From Longimicrobiales bacterium (GTDB taxonomy: Bacteria; Gemmatimonadota; Gemmatimonadetes; Longimicrobiales; Gaopeijiaceae): a stretch of DNA of 64,000 nt. Below the pieces are notes generated by a model that saw nothing but the letters and a program-made list of their open reading frames with translations, had not been told where the DNA came from and did not search any database. Position numbers and translations under genes: made by a program. The stretch is from assembly GCA_965202805.1 (NCBI GenBank), contig OZ241869.1, positions 1,696,001 through 1,760,000 of the forward strand. The letters are read 5' to 3'. Below are positions 18,257 to 27,085 of this stretch, piece by piece; position 1 is the stretch's first letter; each line of letters begins with the position of its first letter.

Positions 18257-18991
18257 TCAGCCCGGCAACCTCAACGACACATGCAGATGGTCGGCCGTGC
18301 CCACGTGGCGAAGCGTGTGGAAGCCCATCGCCCGGAACGCCAGTTCGGCCGCCAGATTCCGCCATTCGGGCCGGTTGATGGTGCGCAGATCCAGCGCGTG
18401 GACGAATCCGTCGTCCTGGCGGAAGTGCAGTGACGACTCGTTGGCCGGGAGCCCCGCGCGAGCGTAGAACCCGGGCGTGCGGTCGGCATCGGTGATCACG
18501 GCGTCGGCGTCGGCCAGGACGAAGACCGATACGCCCATCCGCAACAGGGGATGAAGGGCCGAGTATTCGGCTCGCACCTCTTCCGACTTCACGTTTCCAC
18601 CCGCGATGACCAGCAGCGAGTAGAGCACGAACGCGGCGGCGCCAAGGGCCGCGACCCGAATCGCGAACTTCCTGAGCCACTTCCCTGCCCCCAGGCGCCG
18701 ACTCGCGGCCCACGCGTAGCACGCCAGGAGCAGCGCGGTGGCGGCGGTCGAGACGGCCAGCGAGGGCCATGCCCCCAAGCCCCATTGCTGGTAGGCGAAG
18801 ACGCCTCCACGGACGAGGAGGATGAACGGCAACACAGCGAGCAGGACAGCCGTCACGCTCCACCGCACCACTCTGCCGAGGAAACGCCGCGGTTTCCTGC
18901 CGTCGGGCCGGTTCGCCTGCCCCGGTCCCATCGGCGCCTCAGGTCCGGTCGGCGTCCCAGGACCTGGATACTCGATTCTCAGCGTACTCAC
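18257..18991 (-). CDS. membrane-anchored protein with a possible M15/LAS-type Zn-peptidase C-terminal domain
   Basis: GGAGG RBS, three TM helices, then SLH..HALDLR..DHLHVS. Confidence 0.6.
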   Translation of the reverse strand: MSTLRIEYPGPGTPTGPEAPMGPGQANRPDGRKPRRFLGRVVRWSVTAVLLAVLPFILLVRGGVFAYQQWGLGAWPSLAVSTAATALLLACYAWAASRRLGAGKWLRKFAIRVAALGAAAFVLYSLLVIAGGNVKSEEVRAEYSALHPLLRMGVSVFVLADADAVITDADRTPGFYARAGLPANESSLHFRQDDGFVHALDLRTINRPEWRNLAAELAFRAMGFHTLRHVGTADHLHVSLRLPG

Positions 18992-19187
18992 ATATCCTCC
19001 GATGACCCTGTCCTTTCTCCGCCCCTACGGAGAAGTCGTCCGTACGCTTCGGGAGGGGCCGATGCGCTGGCGCCCAGCGAAACCAACCCCCCGAGTACTT
19101 CCGTACACCTTCCAGAGTGCGCGAGCCCCCCTGCAGCGGACAGGCGGTTCGCTCTGGGGGCGAATCAGGCGGGGAGTCACCGGTCGG

Positions 19188-20282
19188 ATGGGAACAGGCG
19201 CAAAGATAGTTGTCGGCACGATCGCGGTCGGAGGCCTGGGAGCCTCGGTGTTCGCAGTGGTCACGGCCGCGGGCGGCAGCGATGCGGAGGTGGACGCAGT
19301 CGCCGTGGAGAGGGGTGAGATCGTGGACCGCGCCCTCGCGGTCGGACGCATTGAACCGCTCGTCGAAGTAAGCGTGAAGTCACAGCTCGCGGGCGTCGTG
19401 CGCCGGATGTTCAAGGAGCCCGGCGAATACGTCCGGCAGGGTGAGCCTCTGCTCGAAGTCCAGCCCAACCCGACACCGATCGAGCTGGTCGAGGCGCGCC
19501 GCAACATCGAATTGCGCGAGATCGAGTTGCAGCAACTCGAGAGGCGTCGCGATCGGCTGGCTGCGTTGCGCGACCAGGAACTCGCATCGGAGGAGGCGCT
19601 CGAGGACGCCGAATATTCGCTCAGCGAGGTCTCGCTCCAGCTCCAGATCGCCCGGGAGCGCCTGGCCCTGCTCTCGGAAGGCCGCGTGACCATCGGAGAC
19701 GAGGCCGTGGAGACGGTCATCCAGAGCCCCATCCAGGGCTTCATCCTCGAGAAAATGGTGGAAATCGGAGATCCGGTGGTCCCGCTCACGACGTTCCAGG
19801 AAGGGACCGTCCTCATGACGATGGCCGAGATGGACGAACTGCTCTTTCGCGGAACGGTCGATGAGATCGATGTGGGCCGGCTGGCGGAGGGAATGCCGGT
19901 CGAGGTCACGATCGGGGCGCTTCCCGACACGCGCCTCGAGGGGCGGCTGACGAGGATTTCGCTCACGGGACGCGACGAGGAGAACGCGACCATCTTTCCG
20001 GTTGAAATCGCGGTCCTGCCCGCAGAGGGCACGTTGCTGAGAGCGGGCTATTCGGCCAACGCCCAGGTGATCATCGAGCGCCGCTCGGACATCCTGATCA
20101 TCCCGGAGCGCGTGGTCAGGTTCGAGGAAGGCGGAGCGTTCGTGACGGTTCGCGTGGGGCCCGAGGAGACCGAGGAGCGCGAGATCAGGACGGGTCTCAG
20201 CGACGGGATCAGCGTCGAGGTGCTCGACGGTCTGGCGGAGGGCGAGCGCGTCATGGAGCCCCCGCGGCGCGAGATCACCTAG
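19188..20282 (+). CDS. efflux periplasmic adaptor subunit (MacA/HlyD-like)
   Basis: VSVKSQLAGVV, coiled coil, VDEIDVGRL, LRAGYSANAQVII, IRTGLSDG. Confidence 0.9.
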   Translation: MGTGAKIVVGTIAVGGLGASVFAVVTAAGGSDAEVDAVAVERGEIVDRALAVGRIEPLVEVSVKSQLAGVVRRMFKEPGEYVRQGEPLLEVQPNPTPIELVEARRNIELREIELQQLERRRDRLAALRDQELASEEALEDAEYSLSEVSLQLQIARERLALLSEGRVTIGDEAVETVIQSPIQGFILEKMVEIGDPVVPLTTFQEGTVLMTMAEMDELLFRGTVDEIDVGRLAEGMPVEVTIGALPDTRLEGRLTRISLTGRDEENATIFPVEIAVLPAEGTLLRAGYSANAQVIIERRSDILIIPERVVRFEEGGAFVTVRVGPEETEEREIRTGLSDGISVEVLDGLAEGERVMEPPRREIT

Positions 20283-20304
20283 GGCCGCGGGCAGTGGAGA
20301 AGCC

Positions 20305-21537
20305 GTGAGGCTCGTCGACGTGGTCCGGCAACTGTGGTCGGACCTTTCCGCTCAGCGCCTGCGCACGGTCCTGACCATCCTCGGGATCACCTGGGGCACG
20401 GTGGCGGTGGTCGTGCTGCTCGCTTTTTCGGTCGGGCTCGAAAGGCAGACGCTCAAGCGGTTTCACGGGCTGGGCGACCGGATCGTCGTGCTCTTCGGCG
20501 GACGCACCACGCTGGCCCACGCGGGGTTCAGGGAGGGCCGCACAGTCCGGCTGCGCGAGGCGGATGCCCGGATCCTCGCCCGCCAGATTCCCGACATCAC
20601 GATGATCAGCCCGGAGTACTCGACGCGCGAGGCCCCGGTCCGCCGCGGCCGGAACGGAGTCAATCCCAATATCACCGGCATTCATCCCGTCTATGGCGAA
20701 ATGCGGAACATCTTCCCGCTTCCGGGCGGCCGATTCATCAACGAGCGGGATCAGGCGGAGCGCCGCCGCGTCGTATTCCTCGGCGACGAGGTCGCTCGCG
20801 TGCTGTTCGGCGACGCGGATCCCGTTGGCGAACAGGTCAGGATCGGGGATTCCCCCTTCACCGTCATCGGCGTGCTCCAGCCCAAGATCCAGAACAGCTC
20901 CTACAACTCGCGCGACGAGGATCGGGTGTTCATTCCGGCGAGCACGCACGCAGCCCTTTTCGGCTCGCGCTTCGTCTCGAACCTGGTCTACCGGACGGCG
21001 GACGCCTCGCGCACCGCGGCGGTGGAGGCACGAGTCTACGAGGTGCTGGGCAGGAAGTACCGCTTCAATCCACGGGACGAGGACGCGCTCCAGGTCTGGG
21101 ACACGGCCGAATGGGAGCGCATGTTCGGCTTCCTGTTCCTCGGGTTCAAGCTGTTCTTCGCGATCGTGGGCACCTTCACGCTCAGCGTGGGTGGGATCGG
21201 CGTCGCGAACATCATGTACATCGTCGTGCAGGAACGCACGCGCGAGATCGGGATCAAGCGCTCGGTCGGCGCGACCCGAAGGTCCATCCTCTGGCAGTTT
21301 CTCGCGGAGAGCGTCCTCATCGTGGCTGTCGGGGCCGCGCTCGGCGTCCTTGTATCGGCGGGAATCGTGAAGGTGGTGTCTCTGTTCCCGATGAACGACA
21401 TCGTGGGCACGCCTGCCATCTCGCTCCAGGTGGCCGCTGTGACGATGGCGCTGCTCGCGTTCGTCGCGATGCTCGCCGGCCTCTTGCCCGCCCGTCGCGC
21501 CGCGGCGCTGGATCCCGTCGAATGTCTCCGTCACTAG
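20305..21537 (+). CDS. ABC transporter permease (MacB/FtsX-like)
   Basis: LRTVLTILGITWG, GGIGVANIMYIVVQERTREIGIKRSVGA, PARRAAALDPVECLR. Confidence 0.92.
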   Translation: MRLVDVVRQLWSDLSAQRLRTVLTILGITWGTVAVVVLLAFSVGLERQTLKRFHGLGDRIVVLFGGRTTLAHAGFREGRTVRLREADARILARQIPDITMISPEYSTREAPVRRGRNGVNPNITGIHPVYGEMRNIFPLPGGRFINERDQAERRRVVFLGDEVARVLFGDADPVGEQVRIGDSPFTVIGVLQPKIQNSSYNSRDEDRVFIPASTHAALFGSRFVSNLVYRTADASRTAAVEARVYEVLGRKYRFNPRDEDALQVWDTAEWERMFGFLFLGFKLFFAIVGTFTLSVGGIGVANIMYIVVQERTREIGIKRSVGATRRSILWQFLAESVLIVAVGAALGVLVSAGIVKVVSLFPMNDIVGTPAISLQVAAVTMALLAFVAMLAGLLPARRAAALDPVECLRH

Positions 21538-21590
21538 CACCGGCGCTGGCGCGTGCGCCGGCGCACCGCACCCGCCGGGTGGTCTGATCG

Positions 21591-22835
21591 ATGTGGAAGA
21601 TCCTCCTCGCAGACGTGCTCGGTGACCTGCGGGCCAACCGCATCCGCAGCTTCCTCACCATATTTGCGATGGTGTGGGGCACGATCTCGATCGTTCTGCT
21701 GCTCGCCTTCGGCCAGGGGCTCCGAACTCAGGTTTCGGAGGGCCTGCTCAATGCGGGAGAGCGAATCTTCATGGTCTACGGCGGCCAGACGAGCCTCGAG
21801 CACGAGGGTCTCTCGCAGGGACGCCGGATACGGCTGCGCGAAGAAGATCTCGACCTGGTCCTGCGTGCGATCCCGGAGTTCGAGTTCGGCAGCCCGTCCT
21901 ACGGGCGCAGCAGGACCCATCTCAAGGCGGGCGAGAACCAGACCACGACCTACATGGAGGGCGTGAACCCGATTTTCTCCGAGCTTCGGCGCATGTTCCC
22001 CGCTCCCGGCGGACGGTTCATCAATCAGCGCGACCTGGATCAGAGGCGGCGCGTGCTCTTTCTGGGTGACGAGATCGCGGCGCGCCTGTTCGGCAGCACA
22101 CCGCCCGTGGGACAGACGGTCCTGCTCGACGGGCTCTCCTTCCGGGTGATCGGCGTGATGGAATCCAAATTCCAGGATTCGAGCAACAACGGTCCGGACG
22201 AGAACCGCGCGGTGATCCCGGCCTCGACGTTCCGGAGCATCTATGGCAACGAATTCGTGAACCACCTCCTCGTGCGGCCGCGCAACGTGGCAGACGCGCC
22301 GGTCGCCAAGCGGGAGCTGTACCGGGTTCTGGGTGGCCGGCACAGGTTCGATCCTGCGGACGAACGAGCGCTCGGCATCTGGGACTTCATCGAAGACGAG
22401 AAGATCGTGGGTCAGATCGGCTACGGCATCCAGGTCTTCCTGGGGCTGGTAGGCGCCTTCACGCTGCTGGTCGCCGGGGTCGGCGTCGCGAACATCATGT
22501 ATGTCGTCGTGCGTGAGCGGACACGGGAGATCGGCATCAAGCTCGCCGTGGGCGCGCGCCGACGGCACATCGTCAACCAGTTCCTGTCGGAAGCGGTCGT
22601 CATCACGGTCGGCGGGGGTTTGCTCGGACTCGCCATCGCCTCGCTCCTGGTCGTCGGCATCGACAGCATTCCCAGCGAGAACCCGGCCATGGAGTACATC
22701 CTGAACCCGAAACTCTCGCTCCCGATCGCGTCGATCTGCGTCGGCATGCTCATGGCGATCGGGCTCGTGGCCGGAATCCTGCCTGCGCGCAAGGCGGCGC
22801 GTCTCGATCCGGTGGAGTCCCTGAGGTACGAATAA
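21591..22835 (+). CDS. ABC transporter permease (MacB/FtsX-like), paralogue
   Basis: GVGVANIMYVVVRERTREIGIKLAVGA, PARKAARLDPVESLRYE. Confidence 0.92.
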   Translation: MWKILLADVLGDLRANRIRSFLTIFAMVWGTISIVLLLAFGQGLRTQVSEGLLNAGERIFMVYGGQTSLEHEGLSQGRRIRLREEDLDLVLRAIPEFEFGSPSYGRSRTHLKAGENQTTTYMEGVNPIFSELRRMFPAPGGRFINQRDLDQRRRVLFLGDEIAARLFGSTPPVGQTVLLDGLSFRVIGVMESKFQDSSNNGPDENRAVIPASTFRSIYGNEFVNHLLVRPRNVADAPVAKRELYRVLGGRHRFDPADERALGIWDFIEDEKIVGQIGYGIQVFLGLVGAFTLLVAGVGVANIMYVVVRERTREIGIKLAVGARRRHIVNQFLSEAVVITVGGGLLGLAIASLLVVGIDSIPSENPAMEYILNPKLSLPIASICVGMLMAIGLVAGILPARKAARLDPVESLRYE

Positions 22836-22858
22836 AGGGAGCGCAAGCCATGCTTGTG

Positions 22859-22892
22859 CCACGCCCATCCGCCGACCACGTCGTGGGCCGAG
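22859..22892. repeat. 34-bp exact copy of 24007-24040 (internal to the SBP gene)
   Basis: CCACGCCCATCCGCCGACCACGTCGTGGGCCGAG occurs at both positions. Confidence 0.95.
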
Positions 22893-22899
22893 CGTGCAG

Positions 22900-22966
22900 T
22901 TGACATGCAAGTACACGCTTGCGTATCATCCAGCCTTGACATGCAAGTGGCTGCTTGCGTTAGACT
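22900..22966 (+). promoter_or_regulatory. tandem promoter/operator units upstream of the ArsR gene
   Basis: TTGACATGCAAGT-N4-GCTTGCGT at 22900-22924 and 22936-22960; -10 candidates TATCAT and TAGACT. Confidence 0.75.
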
Positions 22967-22971
22967 GGCAT

Positions 22972-23337
22972 GTGGACATTTATCGCGCGATCGCTGACCG
23001 CACCAGGCGGGCCATCCTGGATGAGCTCGTCGATCGGTCGGGTCAATCGCTCTTCGAACTCTGTGGGCGCCTGATCATGAAACACGGCATCAGCTCCTCG
23101 CGGCAGGCGATCTCGCAACATCTGGACGTCCTGGAAGCCGCCGGGCTCATTCGCACGAGGCGCGAGGGAAGGTCGAAGCTCCACTGGTTCGAGGGCGCCC
23201 CGCTGAAGGCGATCAGGGAGCGGTGGCCGGTCTCGACGGACCAGGACGCTTCACCGGACCAGGACGCTTCACCGGACCAGGATGCTTCACAAGACCAGGA
23301 CCCTTCACACTCAACGGATGAGGATATCGAGAAATGA
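22972..23337 (+). CDS. ArsR/SmtB family transcriptional regulator
   Basis: MDIYRAIADRTRRAILDEL..SRQAISQHLDVLEAAGLIRTRREGR; GTG start, probably leaderless. Confidence 0.9.
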   Translation: MDIYRAIADRTRRAILDELVDRSGQSLFELCGRLIMKHGISSSRQAISQHLDVLEAAGLIRTRREGRSKLHWFEGAPLKAIRERWPVSTDQDASPDQDASPDQDASQDQDPSHSTDEDIEK

Positions 23338-23729
23338 GAATCAACCTGACCGGCGTCTTCGTGGACGACCAGCAGAAGGCACTTCGTTTCTACACGGAGA
23401 CGCTCGGCTTTCGGGTAAAGCACAACATCCCTCTGGGAGAGCACTCCTGGATCACCGTTGTATCCGAGGAAGCTCCGGACGGGACGGAGTTGCTGCTCGA
23501 GCCTGCTGAACACCCCGCAGTCCGTCCATTCAGAACGGCGCTTGTGGAGGACGGGATCCCCAGTGCCAGCTTCGCAGTCGATGATATTGAAGCCGAATAC
23601 GAGCGCCTCGTAGCAAAGGGTGTGCGGTTCGTTCAGCCGCCAACGGACCTCGGGAGTGTCATTACCGCAGTCTTCGACGACTCATGCGGCAACTTGATCC
23701 AGATTGCGGAGGAGAAGCGTCAACCGTGA
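23334..23729 (+). CDS. VOC/glyoxalase family protein
   Basis: VFVDDQQKALRFYTETLGF..FAVDDIEAEYERL..FDDSCGNLIQI. Confidence 0.92.
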   Translation: MRINLTGVFVDDQQKALRFYTETLGFRVKHNIPLGEHSWITVVSEEAPDGTELLLEPAEHPAVRPFRTALVEDGIPSASFAVDDIEAEYERLVAKGVRFVQPPTDLGSVITAVFDDSCGNLIQIAEEKRQP

Positions 23730-23757
23730 CGGGCCGGGAGGCCGCGCGGCGGACCCC

Positions 23758-25437
23758 TCACGGGGCCTCTTCCCCCACCAGATATGCATTGTGCACAAAA
23801 TAGAACTGTCCCTCCGACATCAGCTCGAAGTCGCGCACCTCGTCTGACACGGCATAGAAGATCGGCTCGCTCAGCGTCGGCAGCATGAGCGCGTTCTCCA
23901 TGATGATGCGCTGGGCTTCCTGGGCCAGCTCGCACCGGGCCTCCCGGTCCGGGATGGTCCTGAGCTGACCCACGAGCCGGTCCAGTTCCTCGTCCACGAA
24001 GCCGGTCCACGCCCATCCGCCGACCACGTCGTGGGCCGAGTTCCAGAGCATGTCCATCAGCAGCGGGTCGGGGCTGCGCTGGCGCTCGTACATCAGGTCG
24101 AAGTCGCGGTTGTTGACCATCTCGAGCTGCACCGGGCCGGGCACGATCTCGATGGCCACGTCGATGCCGATCGCGCGCCACTGGGCCTGGACCGCCTCGC
24201 CCATCTCCTCGCGGTCGAGGATGGTCCAGCGCACGCGGAGCGGCGTGCCGTCCTCCACGCCGGCGATGCCGTATGCCTCGCGGATTCCGTCGCCGTCCCG
24301 GTCCGTGTAGCCGGCCTCTTCCAGAAGCCGCCGTGCGGTCCCGGGGTCGTGCGGGTAGAGGTCCGCGTTCCCTTCCCAGTAGCACGGATGGACCGTGTTC
24401 AGCGGGCCGTCGGATGGCAGAAAGTGCCCGTCGTACAGCAGATCGTTGATCGCGGGCTGATCGGTTGCGTACAGCACGGCCTGCCGGACCCGCAGGTCGC
24501 TGAAGGGCGGACGCCGCACGTTCATGACCATCTGCAGCCCGGTCCCGGCCTGGTAGCCGGTCAGCAGCGAGAAGCCCTCCGCATCGCGGTAATCTTCGAT
24601 GTAGGCCGTGGGCAGATTCATGGCGATATGGGCGTTGCCGGTGCGGACGATGTTGCCCAGGACCGCCTCCTCGCCGATGAAGCGGACCGTGATCCGCTCG
24701 ACCTTCGCGGGACCCGCGTCGTTGCTGATGGAGTTCCAGCCGCCGTAGCCGTCCCAGCGCCGCACGGTTACGTGATCGTTGGGCACCCACTCCTCAAGCA
24801 GGAACGGCCCCGCGCCCACCAGGTGCCTGTCGAACTCCTCGATGCCCCACTGCTCCGCGGCCGCGGGAGACCAGATCGGGACCCTGCGGAAGGCGTCGAG
24901 GACTGTCACCCACGGCGCCTCGTAGTGGAGCGTGACGGTTGTGTCGTCGACCACCTCCACCCGCTCGACCGGCCCGATGTGGGCCGCCATCTCCCCGGAG
25001 CGCGTCGCCGGGTCGAGGATGCGCTCGACGTTGTACCTGACGGCCTCCGCGTCGAAGGGGGTGCCGTCCTGGAACACGACCCCGCTCTTCAGCGTGAACG
25101 TCCATTCGTCCGCGACATCGTTCGAGGACCAGCTCGCAGCCAGCGCCGGATGGAACTCGCCGTCCGGCCCGAGGATCAGCAGCGGATCGGTGATCTTGTA
25201 GTCGATGAGCCACGCGGTCTGGTACGGCTCGATGTGGCCATCGAGCGAGGCGGGCTCGCGGGAGGCGGTCCAGGCGATGATGAGTTCGTCGGGGGAGGCG
25301 CCGGGGCGGGACCCTCCGTCACCGCAGGCCACGAGCAACAGGGTGACCGCGAGCAGTCCCGCCGTTACCAGGCGCGGGACGCCATCCGGGATCCCCGATG
25401 CTACATCGCCAAGCCCGACTTCAACCGACGTCTGCAA
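23758..25437 (-). CDS. ABC transporter substrate-binding lipoprotein, family 5 (peptide/nickel type)
   Basis: LLVAC lipobox, WTFTLKSGVVFQDGTPFDAEAVRYN, GAGPF, DLRVRQA. The true start may be downstream of 25437. Confidence 0.9.
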   Translation of the reverse strand: MQTSVEVGLGDVASGIPDGVPRLVTAGLLAVTLLLVACGDGGSRPGASPDELIIAWTASREPASLDGHIEPYQTAWLIDYKITDPLLILGPDGEFHPALAASWSSNDVADEWTFTLKSGVVFQDGTPFDAEAVRYNVERILDPATRSGEMAAHIGPVERVEVVDDTTVTLHYEAPWVTVLDAFRRVPIWSPAAAEQWGIEEFDRHLVGAGPFLLEEWVPNDHVTVRRWDGYGGWNSISNDAGPAKVERITVRFIGEEAVLGNIVRTGNAHIAMNLPTAYIEDYRDAEGFSLLTGYQAGTGLQMVMNVRRPPFSDLRVRQAVLYATDQPAINDLLYDGHFLPSDGPLNTVHPCYWEGNADLYPHDPGTARRLLEEAGYTDRDGDGIREAYGIAGVEDGTPLRVRWTILDREEMGEAVQAQWRAIGIDVAIEIVPGPVQLEMVNNRDFDLMYERQRSPDPLLMDMLWNSAHDVVGGWAWTGFVDEELDRLVGQLRTIPDREARCELAQEAQRIIMENALMLPTLSEPIFYAVSDEVRDFELMSEGQFYFVHNAYLVGEEAP

Positions 25438-25473
25438 GCCCTTCAGCCCTCTGCCTCGGCACGCCCGGGAGCC

Positions 25474-26883
25474 TCAATACGGCAGGAAGAACAGCGCCAG
25501 CGCGATGAAGGGGACCAGCAGGATCATCATCGTGATGCCGTAGCCGAACATGTCGCGGGCGCGCAGGCCCGTGATGGCGAGCAGCGGGATTGCCCAGAAC
25601 GGGTTGAACAGGTTGGTGTGCGCGTCGCCGACGGCGTAGGCGGCGATGGTCTGGCCGTGCGGGACGCCCAGTTCCGCCCCTGCTTGCATCATCGGGCCCC
25701 CGACGATAGCCCATTCGCTCCCCGCCGAGGGCACGAAGACGTTCAGGATGCCGCCCGTGATCCAGGTGACCACGGGGAAGACGTCGGGGTTGGCGGCCGA
25801 GATCTCGAGCAGGCTCTGCGTCATCGTATCCACGAGCCCGGTCCCGGTCATGATCCCGACGATTCCCGCATAGAAGGGGAACTGGAGGATGATGCCGGCG
25901 CTTCCCTTCACCGCGTCGGTGAACTCGTCCTGATACCTGGAAGGGCTGATGAACAGGAGCATCCCGATCATCAGGAACCCGAAGTTGAAGACGTTCAGGT
26001 CGAGAGCGCCCATCGGGTCCGTCACGAATTCCCGAACCAGCATCACGACGCCCGTCAGCGCGATGATTCCGCCCAGGATGCGGCTGTGGTTGATGCGGTC
26101 GGCCGGACTCGGCTTGGCGATGGCCGGCGCGGGGGGAGAAGCGTCGTCCGCCTCGTCTTCATCGGGAACGTAGCGCGCGATTCCGCGGCAATTCTGATCC
26201 GGCGGCGCGAGCAGATAGAGCATCAGGCACCCGTAGGCGAGCGCGAGCCCCGTGAGCAGCAGCGGATAGGGATGGAAGACCCACTCGCTGGCCGGGATCA
26301 CCCGGTCGACGATGCCCATCTGCATGAAGACGTTGTTGTCCGTCGCCTGCAGGAGGCCCGCGGAGCTGGACATGCCCCACCCCCAGGTCAGGCTCATGCC
26401 CATGTATCCCGCCACGGCGAGCAGCGGATAGTGGACAGCCATGCTCCTGCGGTGGGCCACCTTTCCCATCTCGCGCGCGAGGATGGCGCCGAAGATGAGC
26501 CCGAGGCCCCACGAGATCCATCCCGTCAGCATCGAACCCACGCCTACCAGCACCACCGCCTGGCGCCCGTTCCGGGGGAGCCGCACCAGCCAGAGAATAC
26601 CCCGCTTCACGATGGGGTGGTACGCCACCACGAACCCGGTCACCAGGATGATGACCATCTGCATGGCGAAGGTGAGCAGAACCCAGAAGCCGTCGTACCA
26701 CGCGAAGGCGATCTCGGCGGGGCTCGATCCCTCCGACAGCCAGGCCGTTACCGCGGCGACATAGGTGAGGATGATGGCGAACAGGAACGGGTTCGGCATC
26801 CATCGTTCGACGAAGTCCGCGATGACCTCACCGAACTTCTGTACGGGCGTAAGCCTGGGTTCTCCGGCGGGGGTCTGGGCCAA
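25474..26883 (-). CDS. short-chain fatty acid transporter (AtoE/TIGR00366 family)
   Basis: ERWMPNPFLFAIILT, FAMQM, YPLLAVAGY, QFPFYAGI, NVFVPSAGSEW, PFWAIPLL. Confidence 0.9.
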   Translation of the reverse strand: MAQTPAGEPRLTPVQKFGEVIADFVERWMPNPFLFAIILTYVAAVTAWLSEGSSPAEIAFAWYDGFWVLLTFAMQMVIILVTGFVVAYHPIVKRGILWLVRLPRNGRQAVVLVGVGSMLTGWISWGLGLIFGAILAREMGKVAHRRSMAVHYPLLAVAGYMGMSLTWGWGMSSSAGLLQATDNNVFMQMGIVDRVIPASEWVFHPYPLLLTGLALAYGCLMLYLLAPPDQNCRGIARYVPDEDEADDASPPAPAIAKPSPADRINHSRILGGIIALTGVVMLVREFVTDPMGALDLNVFNFGFLMIGMLLFISPSRYQDEFTDAVKGSAGIILQFPFYAGIVGIMTGTGLVDTMTQSLLEISAANPDVFPVVTWITGGILNVFVPSAGSEWAIVGGPMMQAGAELGVPHGQTIAAYAVGDAHTNLFNPFWAIPLLAITGLRARDMFGYGITMMILLVPFIALALFFLPY

Positions 26884-27085
26884 GGTGCTTCCTCCCTCTG
26901 GCGTCTTCGGAGTTCAACTCGCCCGCGGGTCCCGGCTGCGGGGCGGCAACCCGGCAACATACGGAGCAGGCTGCTCCGGGAACAGTAAAGCGTGCGGGGT
27001 CTTGCCCTTGCCCGGAGCCCGGGGTGCAGGCACGATGGGAAGGATTCCCCGCTCGGCATCCAACCGCCCCAGCCAAGGTGGTGCC

